A stretch of 64,000 bases of DNA from Saccostrea cucullata (lineage: Eukaryota), in NCBI RefSeq assembly GCF_032062105.1, contig NW_026932975.1, positions 186,001 through 250,000 of the forward strand, written 5' to 3'. A program made the translations under genes and the position numbers. Shown piece by piece: positions 12,895 to 25,483 of the stretch; the first letter of the stretch is position 1; each line of letters opens with the position of its first letter. The notes under the pieces are model-generated. The model was not told the origin of the DNA, did not search any database, and saw only the letters and a program-made list of their open reading frames with translations.

Positions 12895-14900
12895 GAAATA
12901 TGAAGACAACCAACATTTATTACGCTCAAAAGTTCAATGAAACAGTACAAATCAGGAGCAGAGCAAACAGAGAGCTCTAAAAACACCAGAAATGGAATCA
13001 GACGCAATGGAGGAGTAAGCCCCCCCCCCCTCTATCAGCCGCTCACGTCCACCGTAAGCTCCTTGTCATGATCGGGCAACGGAAAAATCCGTAGACAAGT
13101 TATACCCCATTCATACGACGAAAATTTGCTTATGTGTGCAAATTTACATATAAGAAAATATACACACGTAAGTAAAAGTTAATTTGCTATGCGTTTAGAC
13201 GAGATTTATGTACTGTAAGTAAATCCTTGTATTTTCATATAAAATAAGGAGATACACAGATTCAAAATTGTGGATTTTTATACAAAAAGGTTATTTTCTT
13301 GAACTATTTCGGTATAAGACTAACATTTGAATGTTCGAAATATAAGAAACTAGGGGGAAATCCTCAAAAATCCATTTATTTTTTGGTACGGATAAAAGCG
13401 AACTATTAGGAAAAGATTACACACGAAAAAAGAAAAATTGATTAAAATCATTGTTTAAAGTTGGATAATGCTTTGGTCTCGGTCCTTAAGACTATAGTAG
13501 CCGTTGGGTTTTAAGAAAAAGATGGTTGACTACTGGTTGACGTCTTCAGCACGATAAAGGACGACTGGAAATCTTTTTGGTGTTTGGAAATCTACAGTAC
13601 ATCAAGTTTGCGAGTTCATTTTGAAGTATCTGCTTGTATATTATATATATATATTCCAGGAGAATGAAATGGGCAATCGATAAAAAAGAAAAAAAAATAT
13701 GTGAATTTGAAATAAATACGAATCCCCATGAATCATGGAATACTTAAAAATGCTTATTTTCAGCAGTGTTGTTGAAATTCCTGTAACATCAATTTATATG
13801 TCAGTAGCTTGCCTTGATTTAAAATTAAAGAAGAAACTCAATCTGTAATTGGACCCGCCCGATTGATGCAATGCCTATACCTATCACAGCTCCGGAGCAT
13901 TCCCATGAAGACTACTCAGTACTGTACTTGAATAGTAAGGGGACTACTGATTGATCCTGCAGGACACATGTTTGTGCGACCACAGCTATATTTTTATAAT
14001 TTGTAGGCATAATCATAGGTTTGCCAGAAAGGGTGCAAGATGCGCACGTTTTTGCAAATTCAAATTTATCTCAGGGGGGACTGGAGATGTAGTGTGGATC
14101 CTTGTTTTCAGAGTTGAAAAAGCCATTTGTTGAAAGATCTTTGCTAGTACAACCCGGCGTATCCTTTAAAGCACTACCCTTATCAAAACTCTTCATTTTT
14201 ACTTTCAGCTGTCCTTGAAGTACATGTACACTAAAGATGGCCATAAAAAAATCCAGTTTTTTTCTTTTTCTTTCTAGCCGCCATGTTAACAGATTGATAT
14301 TATACACTTTACAATGCATAAACAACCGAAACAACACTTAAAATGTAGATTTATGCAATAAACAAAACAAAATACATACATAAGTAAATTTGCTGCGTGT
14401 TCATACGACAAAATTTACTCACAAGAACTAATAATTTGCGACAACATGTATGCAAAAGTTAATTTGCACCTAGTCCTGACCAGGTGTAAATTTACTTTTA
14501 TGAAGCAACTGTGAGAATTTACATGTGAAAAATCTGTATATACGACAAAAATTGCACATGTGAGTAAATTTACATATGAGTAAAAAATACTGAGCTATGC
14601 AAATCATGTCGTATGAATGGGGTATTAGTGTGCAAATAAGGCCTAACAGTGTAGATGAAAAAAAAGTCTTTTACACTGGAAGGCTCATTATATCGACCAT
14701 AGCATTGCTAAATTTTGATTAGTGACATTCTTGCCTCATTAACTCACCTGCCAGCAGCGTGCATCGTTTCGACGTAGAGCGTATCTAATCTAACGGTAGA
14801 CATAAACTTCAAAACGCAGGTGATTATGCTATATTGCTACACAAATAAGTGAAAATGACGATGAAAAAGTTGAAGTCATCACGTTTATCATAATGTATGT
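12895..14900 (-). mobile_element. Penelope-like 3' fragment split by a Harbinger insertion
   Basis: 12895-13102 and 14625-14900 rejoin into the family consensus. Confidence 0.7.
13103..14624 (+). mobile_element. PIF/Harbinger deletion derivative (1,522 bp)
   Basis: Perfect 17-bp TIR TACCCCATTCATACGAC, TTA TSD, transposase remnant YWLTSSAR*RTTGNLFGVWKSTVH at 13531-13602. Confidence 0.85.
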
Positions 14901-14914
14901 ACGAAATAAATTCA

Positions 14915-15030
14915 AATATATGGAGATAAAGGGCAGCTTTCAAGCTCAAAAATCCATTCAACAATTCAAAGGCAAAGCAAACAGTACCTCCAAAAATCTG
15001 AGGTGAGATCAGGCGCCACGGAGGAACGAA
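14915..15030 (-). mobile_element. Penelope-like 3' module fragment
   Basis: ACCTCCAAAAATCTGAGGTGAGATCAGGCGCCACGGAGG. Confidence 0.7.
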
Positions 15031-15074
15031 AGTATCAAAGATGAAATCACGTTTTTGCCTCGCGGATTATTCAG

Positions 15075-15710
15075 TACTCAAGAGCATGCTCTGAGTACAA
15101 TATTTTTTTTAAACCAAGGCATTTCAAAAATAGATAAGCTAATCTTTTCGTAAACATCAATACTAGTAGCCGTTATAATTAATTTTTAGTAAAAATAATC
15201 TATCATTTGGTCATTTGTTTGTTTGCTTTTAATGTTCCTTGAATTTTTTTTTACTCAGATTGAGACATCACCACTTGCTGCTGCAAGGGCTGCTTATTTA
15301 GACTTGTACTCTGCACTTCTGCACTTTCTGTCTTTGAGTAGTGAGAGATTTTTTTTTACATGCCATCACGTATTGGCACTCGAGACTTCGGTTTATTAAA
15401 CGGTCCGTTATGAAACCCGCGTTGTAAGGAACACACTCTTCTCTTGCGACGCTCTAACCACTGCAACGACTGAGGTCGTATGGGGACTGATATTTTTCGT
15501 GCCAATTGTTAGGTCATTGATTTTATATTTAATATTCGGTATACGCAGAGCTATCTGTAGGTGTGACCGAGTGACGGTATTGCTTACTTCTCCATAGTTC
15601 TTGATCCCATCTCTGGAATTTCGTGGGATCCATGTTTTATGCCCTTTCTATAGATTTTTATTGTACTTTTGTTGTCGATCACTGTTCTTTAGCTTCACCA
15701 GCTTTCACAT
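15075..15710 (+). mobile_element. Penelope-like 3' fragment interrupted by a SINE
   Basis: AGAGCATGCTCTG..., resumes at about 15478, 3' module at 15545-15710. Confidence 0.6.
15215..15475 (-). mobile_element. tRNA-derived SINE, decayed
   Basis: A-box-like CAGTGGTTAGAGCG, body similar to 24605-24845, (CAAA)n tail. Confidence 0.65.
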
Positions 15711-18700
15711 TACCTCAGGATTATTGCATATTAAAATTAGCTCCATATGGTTCTGTTGTTCTCAAAGACCCCCCTCCCATTTCCCCCAAGTAAAACCTAA
15801 CGGGTTCCCTCTTAAACCCAGGTGGCATTTTTCTGAACAATCTTGAACTTACTTATTTTATGGATTCCTGTTGAGAAATTCATATAACACGTTTTTGTCA
15901 TGCATTGAGTCATGCTTTAGAGTGCCTAACACAGATAGAGGACGTGATATTGATTTTGAAAATTGATATTATATCGATCGATCCTGGTCACGTACTCTGA
16001 GTATCACCTGATTTTTTTGACTGTGCATATTTTAAACAATTGATTGTTTTCAATGTTGCACTGCAAAATGCTATCTTTTTAAAAATTCATCAGACTATGA
16101 AAAACACGATATCGAAATAGGTCACATAACATATTCAAAGCATACAAGGAAACATATCTCTTGCTTTATTCAACAAAACTTTCATACCAATGAATGCAAT
16201 ATATTTACCCAGGTCAAGGATATGGAATGCATTTCCAACACGCTGGTATGTCAAATTGTTTCGTATTTTTTTAACTATGAAAATACGATTCAATAATTTT
16301 ACGAAGTGTTTTGTGAGATAATATTGTTTTCTTTTTCGTGCAAGCTCTGGTTTTGGTTGTTTATTTTTCCATTTTCTTTATTACCTTATGTGTGAACCTG
16401 TATTGTTTTGACCTTGAGTAAGTTTAGAAGTATGAAATGCCATTTTTTAAAATTATATCTTATAAAAGTTATGTAAAACGTTTAAAACAACGTATCCTTG
16501 CTTTTTCTTTCTTTTTTTAATTAAAAAAAAGACATTTCATTTTATCTAAAAAGTCATTAAATATTTTGAAATAAATTATTTCAAGATCATAAAAATTGGC
16601 TCAGGAAGTAAAACAGTGTTCCTCATATTTGATTCAGAACATGTGCATTATTATTTATCATTACTTTATAAGTTTCTCCGTTTTAAAAATAGATTCCCGA
16701 CACATCATTTTATTGAAAGCTCAAAATGATATTTATTCAAATTTTAGCTGTATACTTCTTTCTTGATCATGTGATACATTGTATATTTTCTTGCTCTGCA
16801 ATAAAATATTTGAAACAAAAACAACAGAGAGAAAAAAGAACGAATTGCAATTTTCTGAAAGAAATTATAACATTTCACAATTTTCATTTGTTTCTTTTTT
16901 CCTAAGTCACTAACGCTTTTAAACATTTTTTCTCAGGTACATATTATTATGCAATGGTCTGTAATAAGTTTTTATATTTAACATGCATAATCAAGGAATT
17001 TTAAATGTTTAAATGTATTTGTCTGCAAAAAAACCTTGAACTCAGACCAAAGGAAGTATCGGTTCCATAACGATAATTAAAAAAAGAGATAAAACCGTTC
17101 CGTAATTATAAAGCATGTAATCCAAAATAAAAATGAATGAATTGATTATGTAATAAAGTCATGGAGAAATCGTACCCGATATTAATCTTTTGACCTTAAT
17201 TGGAGCGTCAAAATATTTTTAATCAAGAAAATGTGTAAACATTTATATAGTTCTATTGAACCTAACAGCAATTACTTGAAGTGACCTAGTCTATGAAAAC
17301 ACGGCTTCCCAAATATTCTTGACCACTAAGAAGACCTAAATCCGAACTCTATTGAATGTCTGAACAAATAAAATATTTGACTGGCTGAAAAAACATCAAA
17401 GACAAAATAAATCTGTTTAAGAATAACAATTATGAATCTGATATTAAGATTTTTTTCGATCAGAGAACTTTAGACACTATATAGAGCAACGACCAGCCTG
17501 TCTTTGCTAAGCTTAATCTTTTGCTCTTTTTATTTGTGTTTGAAATTAGGGAAATAACGTCATTCATATAACTTTTTTTTCATAATTTAAGAACATGTGG
17601 ATAACCAATCAGTTATCAACATTACAAAGCTTAATTTTACAGTCCGTATGGCACGAACATTTTCTAAAAACCTTTCAACAAAATCCTAAATTTAATTCTT
17701 TTATTTCCGTAAAGGTAACATTTTACAAAAGAAGACATATAAAATTCAAAATCATTATAAGGTTTGAATAATGTTGATTTCACTCGATTCTAAAGACATT
17801 TTCTATATGGATTTGCAATAAGTCCGTTTTTACTACCAATTTTGTCCAAGATTGGACACAATGATTGTGCAGTGACAACACGTATTTTGGGACCGAAATC
17901 ATTCTACCTTGGGCTAATATAATTGTCCCTGTATGGTCTAATTGTATTTATTTCTATTTAATTGGATTATTTAGTTTAAAAATATATCTAAAATGTTTTT
18001 GGCGAATATTGACCAACAAGAAAAATTCCTTAAATGACATTCCACGATCCATATCTTGCAAAATGACTTAAAATCGCTAAAAAAAATTTCTATACATAAA
18101 GTAATTGAAACACGAAACAAGATTCTTGCATAATTCCATAAAAAAAATGAAAAAAATATTACAAATCAGATAATTCAATCACAAGGTTTATTTACTGCAA
18201 TGGCATACTTGTAACCTACAGAATATCATATATTTTTCATTGTTTAACCAACAGTGTTGCTTGATTAATTTAGGTTACAAGATTTCTGTGAATGATTTAT
18301 AAGAATGGATATAAAATTTCATATTTGTAAACATACTTTTTTAGATACTATAAATTAAAAATGATATTTCTGTTCTGAATTTCTTATCTCTTAAATTTTT
18401 AAATGGAGTTTTGGGTTCTTAAGGTCTTCAATCCCTAATAGGAACAAATTCAAAGAAATTAAAAACATAACAGATATGTAGGCATTGAATACTCAGTTTG
18501 TTTAGACATACTTCCCATTTATTACTATAAGTATGTATAGTGGGATGTGTCCTACTTCATGACCGTGAATTTTAGTAAGAGTTATCTCCCCTTTTTTAAT
18601 TAATACAAAAAATCAATTTAAAAAAATTTAGCCGGTAAAAAAATTGTTTTCAATTGTCATTCTATTTTTAATGTGTTAATGCGTCTTTCCACCTCAGGAT

Positions 18701-19860
18701 TTATTAATATTCAAATCATTTGAATTTTTATTTTGAAAAAACGCTTTTCCCCATAGACTTCAATGCAATCTTTGTTAATTAACTACTGCTTCATTAATGA
18801 ATTTTTTGAAAATTTTTCGCGGGCAAACCTTTTCCACTATAAAATGCCTTAATATAATATCAGAGTATTGTGTACTTGACGGACATTTAAGGGTAGAGAA
18901 TTTGGTCCCATTAGGGATGGAAATCCTTAAGTAGCCGATATTAGTGCCATATCATCAGTAATATTGGAAAATTTTAAACAAAATAATCAATTTTTAAAGC
19001 AGACATCATATAAATTAATAAACGACATTTTACACCTTTCTCCTCAAATGATATTCGGACCAACAATCCTCAATATCATTAAAACTTTGAAATAATTATG
19101 CAGATTGTTTAAAATTGTGTTGATTTTTTGATTGATTGAAAAAAAATTGAAGTAGAATTTTTTTAAGAGTTAAAAAATTATAATTTTACAAAATTGCGTT
19201 CTTAGTCTAAATATCATTAAATTAATTTTTATCACGAAATCTGTTCAGTGGTTAACCATTAATCACATTTTAAAAATAATCAGAAATCTTGTCCAAAAGC
19301 AGTTTAAAATTTCAACTGAATTAGGTTGCACTTTAGCGATGTTTTCATAATCCATATCGCCACCTATTCTTAACAGAAATAATCAAGAGTTTTGGCTAGT
19401 GGACAAATCTCTTACATGGGGCTAATATTGAGTCCGTGGTATAGAGAAAAGGTCATCGAGTGTTTCGGACAGGGGCAAAGAATAAACATTTGTCCTCTTT
19501 AAAAGAATATTGAACTTTAAACAAAAAACAGCTTAAGTTTTACTTTACATATTATAGTTAAAGGAAATTGAATGACTGTAGGACATCCAAGGCTATATAC
19601 ATGTAATACAAATAAAAGCAAACCTAGAACTGTTTACATTGGACATATCGTTGTCTGTCAATCAAAGAAAAATGTACTTTTAAAAAGTTTATACCTTTTC
19701 ATATTACATAACATTATATTGCACAATCCCAAGGCCTTACAGAAATGTACTAAGTAAAGATTTTTAAAACATCTTTGGTCATGTGTCGAGTATAGTTATG
19801 AACTTATTCAGTAACATAATAATTCGGAGACATGTAATCAGATCTTCTTTTTAAAAAAAG

Positions 19861-19905
19861 CAAGCATAAATATTATTATAAAGTTTATAATAATATTTAT
19901 GCTTG
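19861..19905. repeat. perfect palindrome, 22-bp arms, 1-nt spacer
   Basis: CAAGCATAAATATTATTATAAA G TTTATAATAATATTTATGCTTG. Confidence 0.95.
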
Positions 19906-20938
19906 GTTTTTAAACCTTCTGTGTATATACGATTTTTGTGTCAAGTATGACCCCCTTTGTTTTCCTTTTCAAACTGACACTATTAAACCCTGTATCGTTG
20001 ACCTTGTCCTTTTGAACTTTGTGCAACATCATTGCAAATCCTATTATCATAGTCGAAATGTGATTTTCCCCCCAAGATATTCCTTTCAGAGTTATGGTGT
20101 GTAACCAAAGGCATAGGTTTACATTTAAAAAAAAATAAGATATGGGTTATTCTTATTTTAAAAAATATGTACCGTCAGGTGCCTGCCTGTGCAATCAAGA
20201 TACCTTGACTCTGAACAAATAAGTATTAAAATAGAATATAATATACACGCCCTCTGTTCAAGCTAAATTTTGTACGTAGTATAGTTTTTTTATTAACTTT
20301 TTTTTTCTTTCTCAAAGTCATGACCACTGCAATTTAAAAAAAATCTGTTTGCTTGGCCTTCCCCAAAATCACTATATAGAGAAGCTTGCCCTCGAGTCTT
20401 CACCTGCTTTATCTAAAGTTCATAATGTTATTCAACTTTAAAGATTTGTTAAGAAAAATGGTTTAATAGTTTTGCAAATGTTGATTTAACTTTAATCTAT
20501 GATCATTGTACATGGTCATTTTGTTACAGGTTGCATTACAAACAAATATAAGCGTCTAACCTATTCAGAAATAAAAGTCTTCTGATTCCACATAATTTCA
20601 TAAAATATAACATTCAGGAAATCACAATTTCAAACTATGAACAATGAGTAATGAATTTCGAAGAGAACATGTTTTTTTTATATCTCATTTTGGCATTCCT
20701 ACAAAAAGAAGTGAGCAAAAGAAAGACAGTAGAATTTGAGGTTAGTGGGCCTTTTAAATTTAAATTTTAAAAGTAAGATTTTTAAAAAACCATGAAAACA
20801 ACTCATTGCTTCAACATTTTGTCTGTATACTCTAATCAAATAATATTGTTATTGATTTTAGAAAATAATTACTAGTATATATTACAAGCACTAATTTCAA
20901 TGGATTATTTTATCTAACAAAGCAAACGATTTGAGAAC

Positions 20939-21060
20939 AAGGATGAAATTTGTAAAGAATACAGATACAAGTTCAGGATAATAAAAAGTACAATGTATAA
21001 GGATGAAATTTGTAAAGAATACAGATACAAGTTCAGGATAATAAAAAGTACAATGTATAA
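20939..21060. repeat. exact 60-bp tandem duplication
   Basis: 20941-21000 is identical to 21001-21060. Confidence 0.97.
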
Positions 21061-21179
21061 ACGATGTTTTTTTTTTTTAATAAATGACTACCATGAAATT
21101 GTTAGTAATGGAGGTGATCAACAAAAAGTCATCAGCTAGACAGTATATTGGTCGATACAATGACCTTGTCGGCAAATAT

Positions 21180-21535
21180 AATGAAATACGTGGAGATAAC
21201 GAACAGTATTCCATATCAAAGTCCATAAAACAATACAAAATAGGAGCAGAGCAAACACGGACCTCCAAAACATCGGAGGTGGGATCAGGTGCCATGGAGG
21301 AGTGAGCATCCCTTGCCGACCGGTCACACCCGCTGTGTGCTCCCTTTGATGATTGGGAAATAAAGGGAAAATCCGTGGACAACTCAGTGTGTAAATACTG
21401 ACCTAACAATTAGTATGTAATTAACGTCATTCAGTATTTGACTTGATGGGTTACATTTGCTGACAAGATCATTGTATCGACTATAAAATTTACGAAATGA
21501 TGACTTTAAACGAGACTGCTGATATTCTTTCATCA
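21180..21535 (-). mobile_element. Penelope-like 3' end, best-preserved module, nested in a plus-strand copy (about 21125-21790)
   Basis: Near-identical to the reverse complement of 11030-11370. Confidence 0.88.
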
Positions 21536-23069
21536 ATATCAATCATAAAGTCAAATACTGACCGATGTTCAAACAAATTGGTGAGCTATTATTTTCAGAC
21601 TGATTTGTCTACTTATTTTCTTTGTTTGCCCGGTCATGACAAGGAGTTCATGGCCGATGTGACCGGTTGACCCTGCGGACGCTTACGCCCTCATCATAAG
21701 GAAAATATCAAAATACATCACACGTTGTTGCCTTCATATGCAGTTTTCTGATTGTGGACTCTCGATCAGTTATCCATATCTCAGCTCTTCTCTACTTCTC
21801 TCCTCTTAGTTTGGATAGTGCATTGTTGCAACCTCAATTGAAATACGACCACTATTGAAATATTTTTTTCAATATTGGATGAAGGTGCATTTCAATAATA
21901 AACGTGCATATCGTTTAAAACAAACTTCAACCCTCTTTAAACAAGAATATTTTGAGTTGATATTGAGCTCAAATTGGCTTGAAAGGTAAAACATTTAAAA
22001 ATATTTTTTTTTAAAAATGATCTTTTTTTTTACTAAAAAGTTTACTTGAAAATTTTGCACATTAAATTGAATATTAATCTTTAATAATACTGAGATATGA
22101 TTACTCTTTAATGTCAAAGGGACATTCAATGAAATATTTCATCAAAAAGGTACCCTCTAGGTTACCATAGGCAGAAGTATTATATTTCTTAAAGAAACAA
22201 TTTGGCCAAATTATAACTTTCATGCAATATATTCCATTAATACTTTGTCAAGTGTTCTATATCAATCTAAACAGAAGAATCTCTTTCTTATCAAACTGCT
22301 TCGTCACAATACCTCTCAACTCAAGAATTGAATTTTTCTCAGTCGAATCAGCTGGAGGCGTAAGTTGACTATAAAGAGATAAAAGAACATAAAGTCAGAC
22401 ATTGAACAAAAAGAGAATAAAAGATGCATAAAGTCTTTTGTGACGAAATACAAAGAATACTCAATACAAAATGGTTATTTTTCAAAGCGCAAACCGACAC
22501 AATCAACAATAGTTGGTAAAATAGGTAAGATTATCTAACTTTTAATACTTGTTTTGGCTTTTTTTATGATCAATCTTTGAACAGTGAATTTTTCAGTGGA
22601 ATATGTGTACTTAATTGTAAATATTTATTTCTGTTAAAAGGAAGAACTGTGATGATTCAAAGACATCATAAATACAGAGTAAATCTTCAAAACCTATAAT
22701 AAGAAAATGAGAAAATCATCAATATAATTATATTTTCTTAATATTCAAAATTATTTGCTAACAATACATGTTGGAAAGGAGGAGAATAATAAAAGAGCTG
22801 AAAAGGTGTGTATATTACCTATATACATCCAAAGTATATGTCCTTATTACTATCCCTGGTGGGATTAAAAATATTACTTAGGATTCAAGAAATTATATGC
22901 TTCATATGTTTCAAGGTTTCAATCCAACTGATTCTAAATTCATTCCAAGTCTTCATTTGACCTTAACTGAATCGACACTTTGTGAGGCGATTTTCCAGAG
23001 TTTTGACAAAAAATGTTGAAAAGATATTTTCTAATTGTCCCACCTTGGAAAACAGATTGCTGATGTAGT

Positions 23070-23480
23070 ATGAAAATAAATAACAGTAATCAAACTCAAA
23101 ATTTCATTTAAAACAATACAAACTGGGAGGAGAACAAACACTGATCTATAAAATCCTTGGAGAAAGGATCACGTGTCATGGCGAAGTTAGCATCTCCTGT
23201 CTAACCGTCACACCTGCCGTGTGCCCCTTGATGTGATAAGGCAAACAGAAAAAATACTTAGACAAATCAGTGTGAAAAAATAATGGCCTTACAACCAATA
23301 TGAAAACACGTCAGTCAGATATTGACTTGAGGATAGGTTGTATTTGCTGACTAGGGCCATTATATGGTATCAATCAAAGAACTTGTGAGATGATGAGTTT
23401 AAACAAGATCTTTGATATCATTGTATAATCAACTTATTTTTCAAAAACTTGTCTCGATTATTAAATTCCTGACATAAGTT
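23070..23480 (-). mobile_element. Penelope-like 3' fragment
   Basis: Diverged match to the family consensus. Confidence 0.7.
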
Positions 23481-23585
23481 CTTTTTGAAATATATTATTA
23501 GATTAGATCTAGATGTACACTTTACGGTCCCCTGTATGTAAGATATTATCATGAAAAGAGTGAAGATAATAGCGATCGATCTTAA

Positions 23586-24255
23586 GGTAGTCCGATCCTC
23601 AGGTTTACAAAATAAGCAATTAAGTAATCAAAAATACTCATGAAAGTATCTCTGAATCCATTAAGTTATGCAAATTTATCCACAGTATTTCTTTAAAGTT
23701 AAAGATTAAAGTTAATCATATTATATAAGAAAAATCGTCAAATCTCCAATATTGTTGCAGAAAAAGCGAAAAGGAATATCAGCTATGCATTTTCTAATTG
23801 CAAATTGATCAACAAATATATTTAAGGTTAAATAACGATAGGTATCCAGGCATTCAGAGATATTGTCATGGTTTTTATACTTATTTGGTATTTTTTGTCT
23901 TCTATTTCCGTCATGTATTCTATAATACATAGTGTAAAAGGCTTTTGCTATCATTACAAGACACCATAAATCACTTCTCATTTCATATCATGCTAATAAT
24001 CATTGGCATCTAAGGCTGGATTCAAGGAAATCTTATTTCTCTAAAACTATATTAATTTTTTGTTCTTTTATAGGGCACAAATGTCATCTTTTATAAGACC
24101 TTTTCTAAGACTTCAAAAAACCTTGAATCTTATAAAGATGAATATAATGAAAATTGTTGCATGAAAAAAATTTCATTTTCAAGCTTCATTTTGCTGCATT
24201 TCAAATTAAATACGAATTTTTGGAGTTATCCTTCCTGGTTGAGGATCGGATATCC
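23586..24255. mobile_element. non-autonomous TTAA DNA transposon (Kolobok-like), 670 bp
   Basis: TTAA TSD, TIR GGTAGTCCGATCCTCA / TGAGGATCGGATATCC, inserted in a PLE 3' end. Confidence 0.75.
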
Positions 24256-24259
24256 TTAA

Positions 24260-24540
24260 CTGACTGTAAACAATGCAAAAATGTGAAGAGGGCAAAAACA
24301 AGAACCCCTGAAAAATCCAGAGGTGGATTCAGAATTTAGAAAAAAGCGCACACAATTGGTTTGAAATAAAGCAGCCAAAAATACGCAGTGATCGGTTAAA
24401 TTTGCTAACAAGATCATTAAAGAGAAAATAGAATTTACAAAATACTTACTTTTAATAAAATCTCTGTAACATCAATTAAATCTGTCCGTATCAGGCCTCG
24501 GTTTGAAAACTGGTAATACTTGGAGCATGCTCTCGAATAA
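24260..24540 (-). mobile_element. Penelope-like 3' fragment (continues at 23550-23585)
   Basis: CCCCTG...CCAGAGGTGGATTCAG and GAGCATGCTCT motifs. Confidence 0.6.
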
Positions 24541-24604
24541 GCTGGGGAATGTTGACGTTATGTATGGTGTATGCAAAGACCTCTTCACAACACCTCCTAT
24601 GGTT

Positions 24605-24845
24605 GCATACCACTTACCGGTGAAAATGAAAATTTTGACCTATACTCGGGACTCGGGGCCATTGAACAGTGATGGATCTTTTTGTGCCTGCATCATCTGC
24701 GATACAGGGCCTCGATGTATACGGTCTCATCCCAATGATCGGTCTCCACGACCCACAGTGGGATTCGAACTCACCACATAGGACCATCTCCTTACTCCGC
24801 GACTCTAGATCAGACGTTCTACCACTGCATCACGCGGGCGACTCT
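24605..24845 (-). mobile_element. tRNA-derived SINE with V/Meta-like central domain
   Basis: A-box TGCAGTGG, B-box GTTCGAATCC, core GGATGAGACCG...CGAGG..GGCAC..AAAGATCC. Confidence 0.8.
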
Positions 24846-25418
24846 AACAAGTTTAAGACATGTCATTTGAAGCACTCTTAATGATGGAGAAGACAAATGA
24901 TGTGAATTTGTTTGTTTTCTTATATACATTTCATAATTAATTGATAATTGATTTACCCTTTAAAGTACATTTCCTCAAAGTTTTAAACATATGGTAACTG
25001 ACTACTGACAGACTGGCTTAGGTGCGTTGACCTGGACGTAGAGACATAGGTCATTTTATAAAAGCACATTTTCGCACTGGTAGATAGTTTTTAGTCAGTG
25101 ATTATATTGCTCGCACAATCATACTAAAGTAATTTCAATGTCTGATATTAAAAATAACTTTCCAGAGACATATTATCATATATTTTACTTGGCCAATCAT
25201 GAATATACACGTAATTAAATATTTGATATTTTTAAAAAAAATTTAAAAAGAAGTTATGCAGACACATTTCTTTAAGTGTTTTATTTTTATTATTATTATT
25301 ATTGCTTTTAATGGTTGGTATGTAAGCACGTACTTATATATTTTCGTTGTTCGGAGGAACTATGGGCTTTCACATCCTTCACATAAGGTCATCAGACTTA
25401 TTTTTAGGGGACACTGAA

Positions 25419-25420
<2 letters not shown>

Positions 25421-25462
<42 letters not shown>

Positions 25463-25483
25463 AGAGAAAGAGAGAGAGAGAGA
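25421..25483. repeat. compound (AC)n(AG)n microsatellite
   Basis: Read directly. Confidence 0.97.

Noticed and set aside
24760-24845. tRNA gene
   Set aside because: No proper cloverleaf; it is the head of a SINE.
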